Shown piece after piece: positions 11,263 to 22,963 of a DNA stretch of 64,000 bases. The stretch covers positions 192,001 to 256,000 of the forward strand of contig CAVPOM010000015.1 in NCBI GenBank assembly GCA_963707025.1, read 5' to 3'. A model generated the notes under the pieces. That model ran no database searches. It was not told the origin of the DNA and saw only the letters and a program-made list of their open reading frames with translations. How positions within the stretch are numbered: position 1 is the first letter of the stretch; each line of letters opens with the position of its first letter. Position numbers and translations under genes: made by a program. This DNA comes from an uncultured Verrucomicrobiae bacterium (lineage in GTDB: Bacteria > Verrucomicrobiota > Verrucomicrobiia > Limisphaerales > Palsa-1400).

Positions 11263-11343
11263 GGTCAAACTATAGCTTCGCCCAACTTGTAAGTGAGAAA
11301 TGCACCTGAAAACACTCAAAAGGGACAAAGCTATAGTTTGACC
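11263..11343. repeat. Inverted-repeat element between convergent genes
   Basis: GGTCAAACTATAGCTT and AAGCTATAGTTTGACC form a perfect 16-bp IR. Confidence 0.7.
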
Positions 11344-11385
11344 GCTCACTTCCCCGCGCCTGGTTTCAGTGCGGTGACACCCGCT

Positions 11386-12291
11386 TCAACCATCCACCGG
11401 TCTCGGCAGCGCGTGCGAACCCGCCCCATGCACTTCTGCCAGCGCCAGGGTGCGCGCCGGGTCTTGATTGTTCTTGGCCGCCAGGCTCTCCCCTGCCTTG
11501 GCCGCCAGGGGGGCTTGCCGTACCCCGGCCCGGGCCGTTCTCCTTCCCATCCATACGTCCCAGCATTGCCGCAGGATGGCGGCGAATGTGCCGGCCAGAA
11601 TCCTCAGGTCCAACAAAAGGGACTTCTGCTCCACATATTGCAGGTCCAACTCCATCATCTTCTGGAAAGTAGTCCGGTTCTTCCCACGGACCTGCCAAAG
11701 CCCGGTCAACCCGGGCAGGGTCGCGCATCGCTGGCGATGTGGTATCTGGAACTTTTCGTATTCGTAAACGGTCGCGGGCCGCGGACCCACCAAGCTCATT
11801 TCGCCGCGCAAGACGTTGATTAATTGCGGCAGTTCATCCAATCCCAGGCTTCGCAGCCAGAGACCTCCCGGAATCAAGCGCGCGTCACCGCTGTTATCCA
11901 GCTTCTGCATCGGCCGGCCGGAAGTCATCAACTGGTTCAGATGCTCCCGGTGAACCGTCGTGTCCGCACCCATCTTCATGGTGCGGAATTTCAAACAAGG
12001 AAACCGCCCGCCCATGTGCCCGATTCGTTCCTGGCGAAACAAGGCCGGGCCGGGTGAAACCATCTTGATCAGGATGGCGATGAGGCCCGAAAGCGGCAGC
12101 CAAATCGGGGAAGCCAATAAAACCAAGGTTAAATCCAAACGGCGCTTCCACTTCGGCACCTGGCTCCGGGCGAGACGAGCCGAACGGACATACTGATTCA
12201 CTTGGGCCGGGTTTACCGGTGTGTTCGACAACGAATGCACTCGAAAACTGTAGCACCCCATCGGCTCGAAAACCATTGCCTGCAATTCCAA
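11386..12291 (-). CDS. Sugar transferase (Bac_transf, priming glycosyltransferase family)
   Basis: KRRLDL, single TM, FRQERIG, KFRTM, LDELPQLINVLRGEMSLVGPRP, PGLTGLWQV. Start uncertain. Confidence 0.9.
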   Translation of the reverse strand: MELQAMVFEPMGCYSFRVHSLSNTPVNPAQVNQYVRSARLARSQVPKWKRRLDLTLVLLASPIWLPLSGLIAILIKMVSPGPALFRQERIGHMGGRFPCLKFRTMKMGADTTVHREHLNQLMTSGRPMQKLDNSGDARLIPGGLWLRSLGLDELPQLINVLRGEMSLVGPRPATVYEYEKFQIPHRQRCATLPGLTGLWQVRGKNRTTFQKMMELDLQYVEQKSLLLDLRILAGTFAAILRQCWDVWMGRRTARAGVRQAPLAAKAGESLAAKNNQDPARTLALAEVHGAGSHALPRPVDG

Positions 12292-12476
12292 TCGTCATAG
12301 GGAAGTTTACGCATCCAGCCTAAAGGTTTACTTAGAAGCGCCGGGGACCGAAGCCTCCGAAACCGGCCGGCAAAACGACCGCCGGGCGGCGGAGGCGTTT
12401 TGGCGCTTTGGACGCGGGATTCATTGCAAGCCGCGGATTTGCAGGACGCACTCACCTTCCCGCCCCGGCCGATTTC

Positions 12477-13148
12477 TTATTTCTCCCACTGGACGGCAAA
12501 CCGGATCAACTGGGCGCTGTTCTGGAGATTGAGTTTCTTTCGGATGTTGGCGCCATGGACGGCGATGGTTTTGGCGCTGAGGTGGAGTTGCTGGGAAATT
12601 TCCTTGGGCGCCGCGCCCTTGCCGAGAAGCTGAAAGATTTCAAATTCGCGGTCGGTCAGTATCTCCATGGGCGACCGGTTCTGCTGCGGGTGTCCGGAAA
12701 AGCGGCGCAGGACAATCTCCGACACTTCCTCGCTCACATAGATCTGGTTGCTGAACACCTGGCGGATGGCCCGGATCAATTCTTCCGGCGGCCGCTGTTT
12801 GGTGATGTAGCCGCTGGCGCCGGCGCGCAGCATCCGCTCAGCGTAAAGCGATTCGTCATGCATGGAAATGGCCAGGATTCTTAACAGGGGATGCAGGGCC
12901 TTGAGGTCTTTGACCAGTTCCAGCCCGCCCTTGCCGGGCAGCGTAATATCCACCAGGGCCAGGTCCGGCGCCAGCTTCTGCACGGCCGCCAGGGCCTGGT
13001 GGGCATTCTCCACTTCGCCGCAGACCAGCAGGTCCGGCTCGCGGTTGATCGTGGTGCGCAGCCCTTCGCGCATCAAAGGATGGTCATCCACGATCAGGAT
13101 TTTCTTTCGCGCCGGCGGCTGGTGCGGGCCTGGCTTTTGCTTGGGCAT
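12477..13148 (-). CDS. NarL/LuxR-family response regulator
   Basis: REC domain (IVDDHP, VDITLP, GYITK) plus LuxR HTH (LTDREFEIF...LSAKTI). Confidence 0.93.
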   Translation of the reverse strand: MPKQKPGPHQPPARKKILIVDDHPLMREGLRTTINREPDLLVCGEVENAHQALAAVQKLAPDLALVDITLPGKGGLELVKDLKALHPLLRILAISMHDESLYAERMLRAGASGYITKQRPPEELIRAIRQVFSNQIYVSEEVSEIVLRRFSGHPQQNRSPMEILTDREFEIFQLLGKGAAPKEISQQLHLSAKTIAVHGANIRKKLNLQNSAQLIRFAVQWEK

Positions 13149-13149
13149 G

Positions 13150-15285
13150 TCAATTCTTTCTCCCGGGGGTTGGCCCCTGGCTCTGGCAGAGGCCCTGGCC
13201 GGACCGATGCACCGAACAGACGACCCGGGTGCCGCCGCCGGCCTCCCTCTGCACAGCGAAGGATCCGCCGATCATTCCCATGCGGTAACGCATGATGCGC
13301 AAGCCCATGCCTGCCTTCCGGCCGTTCCGGGCCGGGATGCCCGCCCCATCGTCTTTTACCGCCAGATTAATGCGTTCCGGCGTCTTGCTCAGGATGATCT
13401 CAATCCGCCCGGATTTGCCATGCTTGACGGCGTTGGTAATGGCCTCCTGGGCGATCCGGTAGAGGTGCGTCGCGACCGCGTTGTCCTCAATCAAGACCGG
13501 TCGCCGGCAGGAGAAACGGCATTGGACGCGGAACATGGTTTTGGTGCGCGCGGCCAGTGATTTCAGGGCTGCCATCAGGCCGTTGGATTCCGGTTCCACG
13601 GGATGCAGGCCGCGGGCCAGGTCGCGGGTCTGCGCGATGGCCTCGTAGATCACCTTGAGGATTCTGCCCAATTGCCGGGCTTCCGGCAGGCCCTTGGCGG
13701 CCAGGTTCATTTGCAGCGTATTGGTCATGTAAGCCGTGCCCGCCAGAAGCTGGCCCAGTCCGTCATGGATGTCATGGGCGATGCGATAGTGTTCCTGCTC
13801 GCTGATTTGCAGGATTTCCTTTTCCATCGCGATGCGGTCCGTGATGTCCCTCACAAAAACGGAGGAATACCGGAACTGGCCGTCGCTCCAGAACGAATTG
13901 GCGTCCACCAACACGATGCGGATCGCGCCATTCTTGCACCGCAGCGGCATGCGAAAGTTGCGCACCGTCTCCTGGGCCGCCAGCCGCTGCAACAACTCCT
14001 GGCCCTGGGACGGTTCCACGCTGAACTCGTTGAAGAAATGTCCCAGGTATTCCTCAGCCGGGCAGCCCAGCAGGTCCAGTTGCGCCTGATTGGCGCGCAG
14101 GATGGCGCCGCTGGCCGACAACCAGACCAGGCCGATGGGCGCCAGATTGAAGAAACTGGAGAGGGTGCGTTCGCTGGCGCGCAGGGCTTGTTCCGCCTCT
14201 TTGCGCGCGGTCAGGTCGGAAATCGCCGTCAGGGCAAAGGAAATGTCGTCGCTGACCTGGCTCAGGAGGCTCAATTCGCTTTCATCAAAGGAACCCGCGC
14301 GCGACGCATAGACTTGAAAGGAGCCCGTCACCCTGCCCGCGATCCGGATGGGAAACGCCGCCACATAAAACAGCCCGAACTTCATGGCCCGGTCGTGCCA
14401 TGGGGCCATGCTGGCGTCATGGTCAATATCCTCGATCACGACAGGCTGGTTTTTGCGGATGGCCGTGCCGACCGGCCCGCCCCCTTCCAGCTCGTCGCGC
14501 GCCACCACCCGGATGCCCTCAAGATATCCGGTCGCGCCGGCCTGCGCCACCGGTTGCACCGATCCGTCCGGCGAGACCATGCCGATCCAGGCCAGTTTGA
14601 AACCGCCGCTTTCCACGGCCACCCGGCAAATCTCATTGAGCAGTTTCTGCTGGTCGGGCACATGGACAATGGCGCGATCCACTCCGCCCAGGATGGCCCG
14701 CACCCGGTTGAGTTGGGCGATTCGTTCCTCCGCCCGCTTGCGTTCGGTGATGTCCGTGACGCTGGCCCGGCATTGCTTCCTGGGACTGGCCTTGTCGCGC
14801 ATCGCCTCGGCATGGACGAACAGCCGTTTGCCCTGCGCATTGACCAGGTCCAGCTCCACGCTCTGCCGCGCCTTCGCGCTGAACACCTGGCGGCAAAACA
14901 AATAAAACGCGTCCTGCCCTTCCGCCGGGACGAAGCGGGAGAACTTTTGCTGGATCAACCGGCCGCGTTCCAGACCGAGCAATTCACCGGCACTCACATT
15001 GGCTTCCAGAATCTCGCCTTGCCCGCCCAAGGTGAGGTGGGCCACCGGCGCAAAATTGTAGAGGTCGGCATAGCGATCCATCGCTTGCTGCAATTCCTGC
15101 TGCGTCCGGCGCAGTTCGTCATTCTGCATCTCCAGCTCGATCTGGTGGACTTGCAGTTCGTGCATCACCTTCTGCGCGTCATCCACCGGCATCTGCGCCA
15201 CTTCGCGCCGCGTCAGGGCCATCAACTGTTCCGCGCGGGCGCGCAGTCTTCCGGGAGAGACGGAAGGTTTGCGGTGCGCCTTCAT
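13150..15285 (-). CDS. PAS-GAF-PAS sensor histidine kinase (HisKA_3 type)
   Basis: HELQVHQIELEMQN coil, PAS, GAF, RIAHDIHDGLGQ H-box, EAITNAVKH and DDGAG motifs. Confidence 0.92.
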   Translation of the reverse strand: MKAHRKPSVSPGRLRARAEQLMALTRREVAQMPVDDAQKVMHELQVHQIELEMQNDELRRTQQELQQAMDRYADLYNFAPVAHLTLGGQGEILEANVSAGELLGLERGRLIQQKFSRFVPAEGQDAFYLFCRQVFSAKARQSVELDLVNAQGKRLFVHAEAMRDKASPRKQCRASVTDITERKRAEERIAQLNRVRAILGGVDRAIVHVPDQQKLLNEICRVAVESGGFKLAWIGMVSPDGSVQPVAQAGATGYLEGIRVVARDELEGGGPVGTAIRKNQPVVIEDIDHDASMAPWHDRAMKFGLFYVAAFPIRIAGRVTGSFQVYASRAGSFDESELSLLSQVSDDISFALTAISDLTARKEAEQALRASERTLSSFFNLAPIGLVWLSASGAILRANQAQLDLLGCPAEEYLGHFFNEFSVEPSQGQELLQRLAAQETVRNFRMPLRCKNGAIRIVLVDANSFWSDGQFRYSSVFVRDITDRIAMEKEILQISEQEHYRIAHDIHDGLGQLLAGTAYMTNTLQMNLAAKGLPEARQLGRILKVIYEAIAQTRDLARGLHPVEPESNGLMAALKSLAARTKTMFRVQCRFSCRRPVLIEDNAVATHLYRIAQEAITNAVKHGKSGRIEIILSKTPERINLAVKDDGAGIPARNGRKAGMGLRIMRYRMGMIGGSFAVQREAGGGTRVVCSVHRSGQGLCQSQGPTPGRKN

Positions 15286-18200
15286 GCCGGCGCCCCCTTT
15301 CCACGGCGGCGCGGCTTCTTTTCCGCTGGCGGTCCGGCGGTTTTATCTTCAAAGGCCAGCAGAATCATTTCCGGCACGCCCGGCTCCCGCTTCAGCCGCC
15401 GCGCATTCAAGAGCAGCGTGCGGCGCCCCAGGCCGGGGAAATCCTGCTCCACCTTGAAATCCTGGAAGCTGGCGTTGCGCGGCAAAATTTCTTCGAGCAG
15501 TTTGCGCAGGGCGGGGAGGTTCCATTGTCCGCCGCCCAGTTCGTAAATCAACTGGCGCTCCACTTTGCGGGCGGTCGTTTTGAAGGTGTGATAGAACGCC
15601 GGATTGGCCGAAACCACGCAGAGGTTTTCGTCGAGCACGAGCAAGGATTCGCGCACGGTGGCGACGATGCTCTCGGCGTAGGTCCGGGCTTGCTGGGCCG
15701 CCCGCTCGGCCAGCTTCAGCCGGTTGATGTCCACGAACGTCACCACCAGCCCGTCAATCACATTTTCCGTCGTGCGATAAGGCGAGATGCGCACCAGCCG
15801 CCACTCGCCCTGGCGCGTCCGCACCTCCTTTTCCTTGAATCCCAGCTTGCCCAGCACCTCGGCGGCGTCGGCCTGGAGCTGGTCGTATTGGAGATTGGAA
15901 GCCAGGTCGCCGATGGGCCGGCCCACGTCCGAATGGATGAGCTTGACCAGCTTGGTGGCCTCGGCGGTGAAGCGCTTGATGTGCAGTTTCTGATCCAGAA
16001 AAATGGTGGCAATGCTCGTGCTGTTGAGCAGGTTCTGCATGTCGTCGTTGGCCTGCGACAGGTTGTCCAGCTTGCCCTGCAACTGGGCATTGACCGTCTG
16101 CAATTCCTCGTTGAGCGACTGCATCTCCTCCTTGGACGTTTCCAGCTCCTCGTTGGCGCTCTGCAATTCTTCGTTGGTGGACTGCAGCTCTTCGTTGGTG
16201 GATTTCAATTCTTCGTTGGAAGTCTGCAACTCCTCCACCGTTCTCTGCAAGGTCTCCCGGGTGTAGCGCAACTCCCGCTCCAATTCGGGGGCGCCGCCCG
16301 GCAGCGGCCTGGCCGGATGACGCGGCGCTTTGCCGGCCGGCCGCTTCACCACCGGCTCGGTCCGGAAGGTCACCAGAAACAAGCCGCGCACCGCTTCCGG
16401 ATCGGTCAGCTTGGCCACGGTCAGCCGCACCGCGGCAAAACCGCCGTTGGTTTTGACCCGCAGGGCTTCGTGGACCACCTCGCCCTTTTGCGCCGCCGCC
16501 TGGCGCAGCGCCGCGGGCAGTTCCAGGCGCAACCCTTCGCGCGCCATTTCCAGAATGTTCCAACGCGGCTGGCCGGTGGCCGGTTCCAGATAATCGCCCG
16601 TGCGCCCGTGGATATGGAGGATGTCGCCGCGATCGTTGACGATGACGCTGGCCGGCGCGTAGCGCGTCAGCAGCACTTTCTCGACCATCGTGGAGAGAAG
16701 CTGCTTGGGCGGGTGTTCCACCGCGTCGGCTGGGCTGCCGGGGCCGCGCTGGCCGGGGCTGCCGCCGCGGTGAATTCAGGAGGCAAGGCATGACCCGCCC
16801 CGGCCTCCTGGCGCGCAAAGATTTTCCATTTCTTGTTCATAAAGGCGAAGTGGCCGCTCAGACCGGTGATGCTCTCGGACGATCCCAAAAACAGGATCCC
16901 CCCCGGATTCAGCGCGTAATGGAACAAGGAGAGAAGCCGCACCTGGGCGGCGGGTTTGAGGTAAATCAGCAAATTGCGGCAGGCGACCAGATCCAGCCTG
17001 GTGAACGGCGGATCTTTCAAAACATTCTGGGGCGCGAACACGACCATCTCGCGAATCTCCTTCTTGATGCGGCAGGCGCCATCCTCCTTGAGGAAGAACC
17101 GCGCCAGCCGTTCCGGGCTCATATCGCCGGCGATGCCCTCCGGGTAAGCCCCGGCGCGCGCGGTGTCAATGGATTCGTGGTCCAAATCCGTCCCGAAAAT
17201 CTGCACCGGAAAATGCCGCTTCAGCTTGTCCATCCCCTCCTGCAACACCATCGCCAGGGAATAGGCCTCCTCGCCGGACGAACAACCCGCCACCCACACC
17301 CGCACCGGCGCGTCCTCCGGGTGGCCGGCCAGCAGCGCGGGCACGGCCGTTTTGGCCAGCGCGGTGAAGGCTTCCGCGTCGCGGAAAAAGCTGGTCACAC
17401 CGATGAGCAATTCCTTGAACAGCAGGTCCAGCTCATGGGGATTTTCCTGCAACAGGCGCAGGTATTGCTCGGGACCTTTTAATTGATGCATGTTGACCCG
17501 CCGTTCGATGCGCCGGCGGATGGTGTGGGCTTTATAGAAGAAGAAATCGTGCCCGGCGCGCGCGCGCAACAAGACGAGGATTTTCTGCATCGGTTCGGGA
17601 AGCACCTCCGCGCCGCCAGGCCCGCTTTGGCTCGCAGCCAGATACCGCCCCCGGGTGGAGGCGGCCAGTTGTTCGGGCAGCCGTTCCGCCGGCAAAATGT
17701 AATCCACCAGCCCCGTGGCGATGGCGCTGGAGGGCATCCCGGAATACCTGGCCGAGTCCGGCGCCTGGGCCATGGTCATCCCGCTGGCGCCTTTGATGGC
17801 TCTCAGACCCAGCGTGCCGTCCGTGCCCGTGCCGGAGAGCACAATGCCGATGGCCTTCTCCTTCTGGTCCTCGGCCAGCGAATGGAAAAAATAATCAATC
17901 GGCAGCCGCAATAAACCCGGTTCGTCCAGCTCCATGACGTGCAGCGCGCCGTGGAGAATGGCCAGGTAGCCGTCCGGCAGCGACATGTAAACCGCGTTGG
18001 GTTCCACCGCCATGCCGTCGGCCGCGTGCCGCACCGGCATGCGCGTGCATTTGCCCAGCAACTCCGGCAGCAAACTGACGTGACCGGGATGCAGGTGCGT
18101 GACCACGACAAACGCCATGCCGCAATCGGCGGGCACGTGCAAAAAGAATTTCTCCAGCGCTTCCAGTCCGCCGGCCGACGCCCCCAGGCCGACGATGGGA

Positions 18201-18331
18201 AAGGATTTGAGGGCCAGGGGCGCGCCCGGAAAGGTGGACAGGACGGCGGCAGATTTCACCGGGATTTTCGTCCCCGATTTCTTGCCGCGGATTGATCGGT
18301 CTGCTTTCAGCACTTTCTTATTCCTCGCCAT
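15282..18331 (-). CDS. CheB methylesterase / CheR methyltransferase / PAS fusion, split by a frameshift near 16720
   Basis: GASAGG and LSGTGTDG (CheB), VTSFFRD, AGCSSGEE and CRNLLIY (CheR) in 16667..18331; EELQSTNEEL coil and PAS in 15282..16721. One base is missing. Confidence 0.88.
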
Positions 18332-18531
18332 AACACCAGATCAGCTCAGGGATTCTCTGCCATGCACTGAGGCAAGCATAGCAGGCCGGACACACCCGCA
18401 AAGAAGATTATTGCGCCTGCGCCAATTACTTTGCGGCTCAGGGAAATCGTCCCGGCCGCCACCGCCCGCTTCCGACAGGCCCGCCATTTTGCGCTGGCGC
18501 AGGGGCGGGCCCCATTGCCATCATCGGCCGG

Positions 18532-19422
18532 ATGGAATTTATCCGCGATATTCATGCCAGGAAAGCCGCCGCCGGGCAACCGGTCGTCTCCTTTGAGTTC
18601 TTTCCGCCCAAAACAGACGAGGGCGACCGCACCCTCCTGGAAAACACCCTCCCGGCCCTCAAGGCCGTGCAGCCGGATTATTGCTCCGTCACCTACGGCG
18701 CGGGCGGCGGCACGCGCGAAAAGACGCTCCGGATCGTGGATAGAATCCAGCGCGAACACGGCCTGACCACCATGTGCCACCTGACCTGCGTCCAGGCCAC
18801 GGTGGAGGAATTGCGCGGGGTGCTCTTGCAAGCCAGGGGGCTGGGCGTCAAAAATATCCTGGCCCTGCGCGGAGACCCGCCGGGCGGCCACGGCGTCTTC
18901 ACCCGCGCGGAGGGCGGATTTGAGTATTCCTGGCAACTGGTGCAATTCATCAAGGAGATGGGCGGGTTTGGCATCGGCGCGGCTGGTTTCCCGGAGGGCC
19001 ACATCGCCTGCCGGGAAGGGCGCGAGGCGGACTGGGACCACTTGAAATACAAGATTGATTGCGGGGTGGATTTCGTCTTGACCCAACTTTTCTTCGCCAA
19101 CGCGGATTTTTTCCGCTTCCGCGATTACCTCTGGAAGAAGGGCGTGACCGTCCCGCTTTGCCCCGGCATCATCCCGATCCTGAGCGCGCACCAGATCCAA
19201 CGCTTCACCGCGCTGTGCGGCGCGGCCCTGCCCGCCCCTTTGCTGGCCAGCCTGGAAAAATACAGGGATGACGACCAGGCCTGCGCGGAATTCGGCATTG
19301 AATACGCCACCCAACAATGCGCCGAATTACTGCGCCAGGGCGTGCCGGGCCTGCACTTTTACACCTTGAACAAAGCCCGTTCCGCCGCCGCGGTCGTGCG
19401 CAACCTCCCCCTGGGCCGGTGA
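18532..19422 (+). CDS. metF: Methylenetetrahydrofolate reductase
   Basis: SFEFFPPK, SVTYGAGG, HLTC, LALRGDPP, TQLFF and HFYTLN motifs. Confidence 0.96.
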   Translation: MEFIRDIHARKAAAGQPVVSFEFFPPKTDEGDRTLLENTLPALKAVQPDYCSVTYGAGGGTREKTLRIVDRIQREHGLTTMCHLTCVQATVEELRGVLLQARGLGVKNILALRGDPPGGHGVFTRAEGGFEYSWQLVQFIKEMGGFGIGAAGFPEGHIACREGREADWDHLKYKIDCGVDFVLTQLFFANADFFRFRDYLWKKGVTVPLCPGIIPILSAHQIQRFTALCGAALPAPLLASLEKYRDDDQACAEFGIEYATQQCAELLRQGVPGLHFYTLNKARSAAAVVRNLPLGR

Positions 19423-19510
19423 CGCCCGCGCTGATCGGCATGGCTTGGTAATCATGGTATTTAGAGATTAAAATCCTTTCTCTGACACGATTCGGTGCGA
19501 GATTATCGGC

Positions 19511-20727
19511 GTGCAATTCAAACGCTTCATCATCATCGGCGGCGGCATCGTCGGGCTGGCCTCGGCGCTCAAGCTGGCCGCGCGCTTTCCCGGTTCCCAC
19601 GCAGTTGTGCTGGAAAAGGAGGGCGACGTGGGGCGGCACCAATCGGGCAACAACAGCGGGGTGCTGCACGCCGGGCTGTATTACAAGCCCGGCTCCTTGA
19701 AGGCCCGCCTGGCGGTGGCGGGAATTCAGGAAATGACGGCCTTCTGCCGGGACAACGGCATTGCCCATGAGATTTGCGGCAAGCTGGTGGTGGCGGTGGA
19801 CGAAAGCGAATTGGGGCGGCTGCACCATCTTTATGAGCGCGGCCAGGAGAATGGGTTGAAGGGTTTGCGATTATTGAATCGCGGGCAGATGCGGGAGATC
19901 GAGCCGCACGCCGGCGGCATCGCCGCACTGCATGTGCCGCAGGAAGGAATTGTTGACTATACCGGGGTTTGCCGGGTCATGGCGCGGCAAATCGAAGAGG
20001 GCGGGGGGCGGGTGGCCACGCGCGCCAGGGTCATTGGCCTGCGGGAGCAGTCCGGCGGCTGGATCGTGCAGACCACGGCGGGGGACTGGGAGGCGGATTA
20101 TGTGGTTAATTGCGGGGGCTTGCATAGCGACCGGGTCGCGGCATTGGCGGGGGAGAAACGGGAGGTGCGCATCGTTCCCTTCCGCGGCGAGTATTTCAAA
20201 ATCAAGCCGGAGCGGCAATTCCTGGTGCGGAACCTGATCTACCCGGTGCCCGATCCGCAGTTTCCATTTTTGGGGGTTCATTTTACGCGGCTGATCCAGG
20301 GGGGGTGGAAGCCGGGCCGAACGCGGTGCTGGCTTTTGCCCGCGAAGGCTATGGGAAGACCGATCTCAATCCGCTGGACCTGTACGACGCGCTGAGTTTT
20401 TCGGGATTGTGGAGATTTCTGAACAAACACCGGGCCATGAGTTGGGCGGAAATGAAAAGATCATTCAGCCGCCGGTTGTTTTGCCAGGCGCTGCAACGGC
20501 TGGTGCCGGAAATCCGCCTGGAAGACCTGAGGCCCGGCGGCGCGGGGGTGCGCGCGCAGGCCATGTCGCCGCAGGGGGAGTTGATCCATGATTTCAGCCT
20601 GGTGCGCCGTCCGCGCGCGCTGCATGTGTTGAACGCGCCGAGTCCGGCGGCCACGGCGGCACTGGCCATCGGCGGGCAGATCGCGGAATTTGTGGCGGAT
20701 GGAAACGCCTTTGGCCCTGGCCATTGA
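19511..20727 (+). CDS. lhgO: L-2-hydroxyglutarate oxidase, frameshifted in a G7 run near 20300
   Basis: GGGIVG, HQSGNNSGVLHAGLYYKPGSLKA, YPVPDPQFPFLGVHFT, then GPNAVLA, AGVRAQA and NAPSPAATA in the next frame. G8 restores QGGVEAGPN. Confidence 0.92.
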
Positions 20728-20907
20728 ACCGGGTTCATAAACAACCACCCCCGTCTGCAAATTCGTGCTGAATCAACAACCATTAAAGAAGTGAGAATTG
20801 TGCCGCCGGAGGTTTTCCGCGATGCGCGAGGGTCTTAATGGCCGGAACGCCAAATCCCGCCCGCCGTGCAGCGGGTGGGATGACTCCCGCGGCGGGTCTT
20901 TTCTTGA

Positions 20908-22113
20908 TCAAGGCGCCGTCAGGCGGAAGAAGGAGTTGGCGCTCGATTCGGGAAGGATCACCTCGCATTGACAGTTGACGAGTTCCGGCACGTTGGTCAC
21001 ATTGCTCCAGGTCGCCCCGTTCGAGGTCGGGTTGTATTGGAGCCTGTAGCCTGCGGCGGCGGATGGCCAGGTGAGAACCACCGTATTGGTGCCGGTGATG
21101 GCGATCCCCAGAGAGGGCTGCGGCGCAAATTGGACATTGAGCGTTTCCCAGTAGATTTGGTAGTATTGACCCTGGCCGCTGGAATAGGTGGCGTCATAAT
21201 TGATGTTCTGGGAAACGTGGAAGATGCCGTGGGGGCGGCCCGGGGTTGTGCCCCAGGAATTGACCATAATCCAGGTTGGTCCGGCCGGATCCGTGTCGTC
21301 GTAACCCACACAGAGCGCGGCATGCGCGCCGCCGGAGGAGGTCCACCGCCCGCCGCAATCGAAATTGGTCCATTGGGCGCTTTCAGGCTGATTCTCCCAA
21401 AAATCATCAAAATTATTCCAGTCCGTTTCGGTTGGCATGTAGAAGGCGAACCAAACGGCCATGTTCTGGTTCAAAACGGCTTTGATGTTGGCGATGGCCT
21501 GGGCCTGGCTGACGCCCCAGGTGGGAATGGTGGTCGCGGACACGCTGAGGATGGGAAATTGCGGCGCGGTGGCGATGCTGCCGCAGGCGGCGCCGCCTTC
21601 TCCTGAGCTGCTGGACCAGACTCCGTTGGTGTTGTTCCAAGGAACGGCAAAGCCTTCGTAGGAGTAGAATTGCGCCACGTTAGCCAGCCAGCCACCGTCG
21701 CAGAGATTGACGAAGGGGTTGCAGGAATTGAGCAACTGCACCGACAGCCGGCTGGCCACCCCGTTCTGGACGTTATGCGCAATCTCCATCACCCCCGTGC
21801 CTGCCCACGCCCAGCAATTTCCGCACTCCCCCTGGTCGCGATCCGCGGGAATATAGGGCAGCCAGGAGAGCAGGCTCAGGGAGGGCGGGTAGTTCGGGAG
21901 GAGGATGGTACCGACCGGCACGTTTGGCGTGGCCTCGGCCTTGAGGTGGCTGACCAACATTTGTGTCATCTGATCCGGGGTCAGTCGCATCAAGGGGTGG
22001 CGCCCGGACGCGGCAGGCTGGGCGGATAGGGCCGTCACACAAACCGCTGTCAAACAGGAGAAGATGATCGCCTTGGCCCGGAGGGAGGCGCCGCGTTGTC
22101 CGAATTGAATCAA
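20908..22113 (-). CDS. Secreted papain-like C1 cysteine peptidase with C-terminal beta domain
   Basis: DQGECGNCWAWA (Cys), GAHAALCVGY (His), MVNSWG (Asn); signal peptide. Start uncertain. Confidence 0.85.
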   Translation of the reverse strand: MIQFGQRGASLRAKAIIFSCLTAVCVTALSAQPAASGRHPLMRLTPDQMTQMLVSHLKAEATPNVPVGTILLPNYPPSLSLLSWLPYIPADRDQGECGNCWAWAGTGVMEIAHNVQNGVASRLSVQLLNSCNPFVNLCDGGWLANVAQFYSYEGFAVPWNNTNGVWSSSSGEGGAACGSIATAPQFPILSVSATTIPTWGVSQAQAIANIKAVLNQNMAVWFAFYMPTETDWNNFDDFWENQPESAQWTNFDCGGRWTSSGGAHAALCVGYDDTDPAGPTWIMVNSWGTTPGRPHGIFHVSQNINYDATYSSGQGQYYQIYWETLNVQFAPQPSLGIAITGTNTVVLTWPSAAAGYRLQYNPTSNGATWSNVTNVPELVNCQCEVILPESSANSFFRLTAP

Positions 22114-22963
22114 GTTTTTAATCCAGTGTAAGTGTTGAAGTTTCCATCGTGCCAGGTGGCAACCAGCGCGTCTCTTAAGCGATCAGGCCGGCAAAACCGG
22201 CCACCGGAGCCTTTCGATGAGGACGCCCTGCTGCCGCACCGGCGCCGTCGGGCTTGTCGTTCCGTCCGAAAGAATCCTCCACTTTGGTCCGTTGCCCGTT
22301 GGGCTTTACCGGCGCGGTCCAGGCGGGGCGGTTGGGCATCGTGTCAATCGTCCCGATCCTTGGGAAAGGCAGCGCTGGTTGCGAAAAACAAGGTCCAAGG
22401 TTATTAAGTCCAAACATAATTCCATCAAGTCACTAATTCCCGGCACGACCCGCCTCAACGTGTCCCATTTTCGGACGATGTGTCTCATTTTAAACAACTT
22501 CGACAGATAAGCATGTTACGTGCCTATTGCAAGTGCGAAATCCATGGGAGTCGCTGCGGTCCAGCTCAGGAGGCTATTGAAAGTTGTAATCATCTGAAAG
22601 CAATTGACTTACGACATAAAAAGCATGTGACCGATCTGGAAACAGGATGGGCGCAGCATGGGAAATGCGACCTTTCAGCCCTTTCTTCGCGCAAGTAAGA
22701 TGCGGACGATATCATCCAGGCCATTCGTGACGTTCCCGAGCGCCATATTTACGCCGGTGAAGAAGTCCTGGAGAGCACCCAGGCGGGCGGCGAAGCAGGC
22801 CTGCCGAGGAGGAAGCTCGCCCGCAGGATCATCCCGCCGGACACAATCAGGGGCTGTGAAGCGGGATTATTCAGGGTTATGGCCATATAACAAAAGCAGC
22901 CTGATTTCATACCCGGGAGTGAGACCAGATTGGGTCCGGTTGATTTTGGAGCGGAGGCGTCAT

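Noticed and set aside
22130..22960. ncRNA, small gene or recombinase site in the long intergenic gap
   Set aside because: No convincing ORF, repeat or structure; a few ACTTAC-like motifs are too weak to call.
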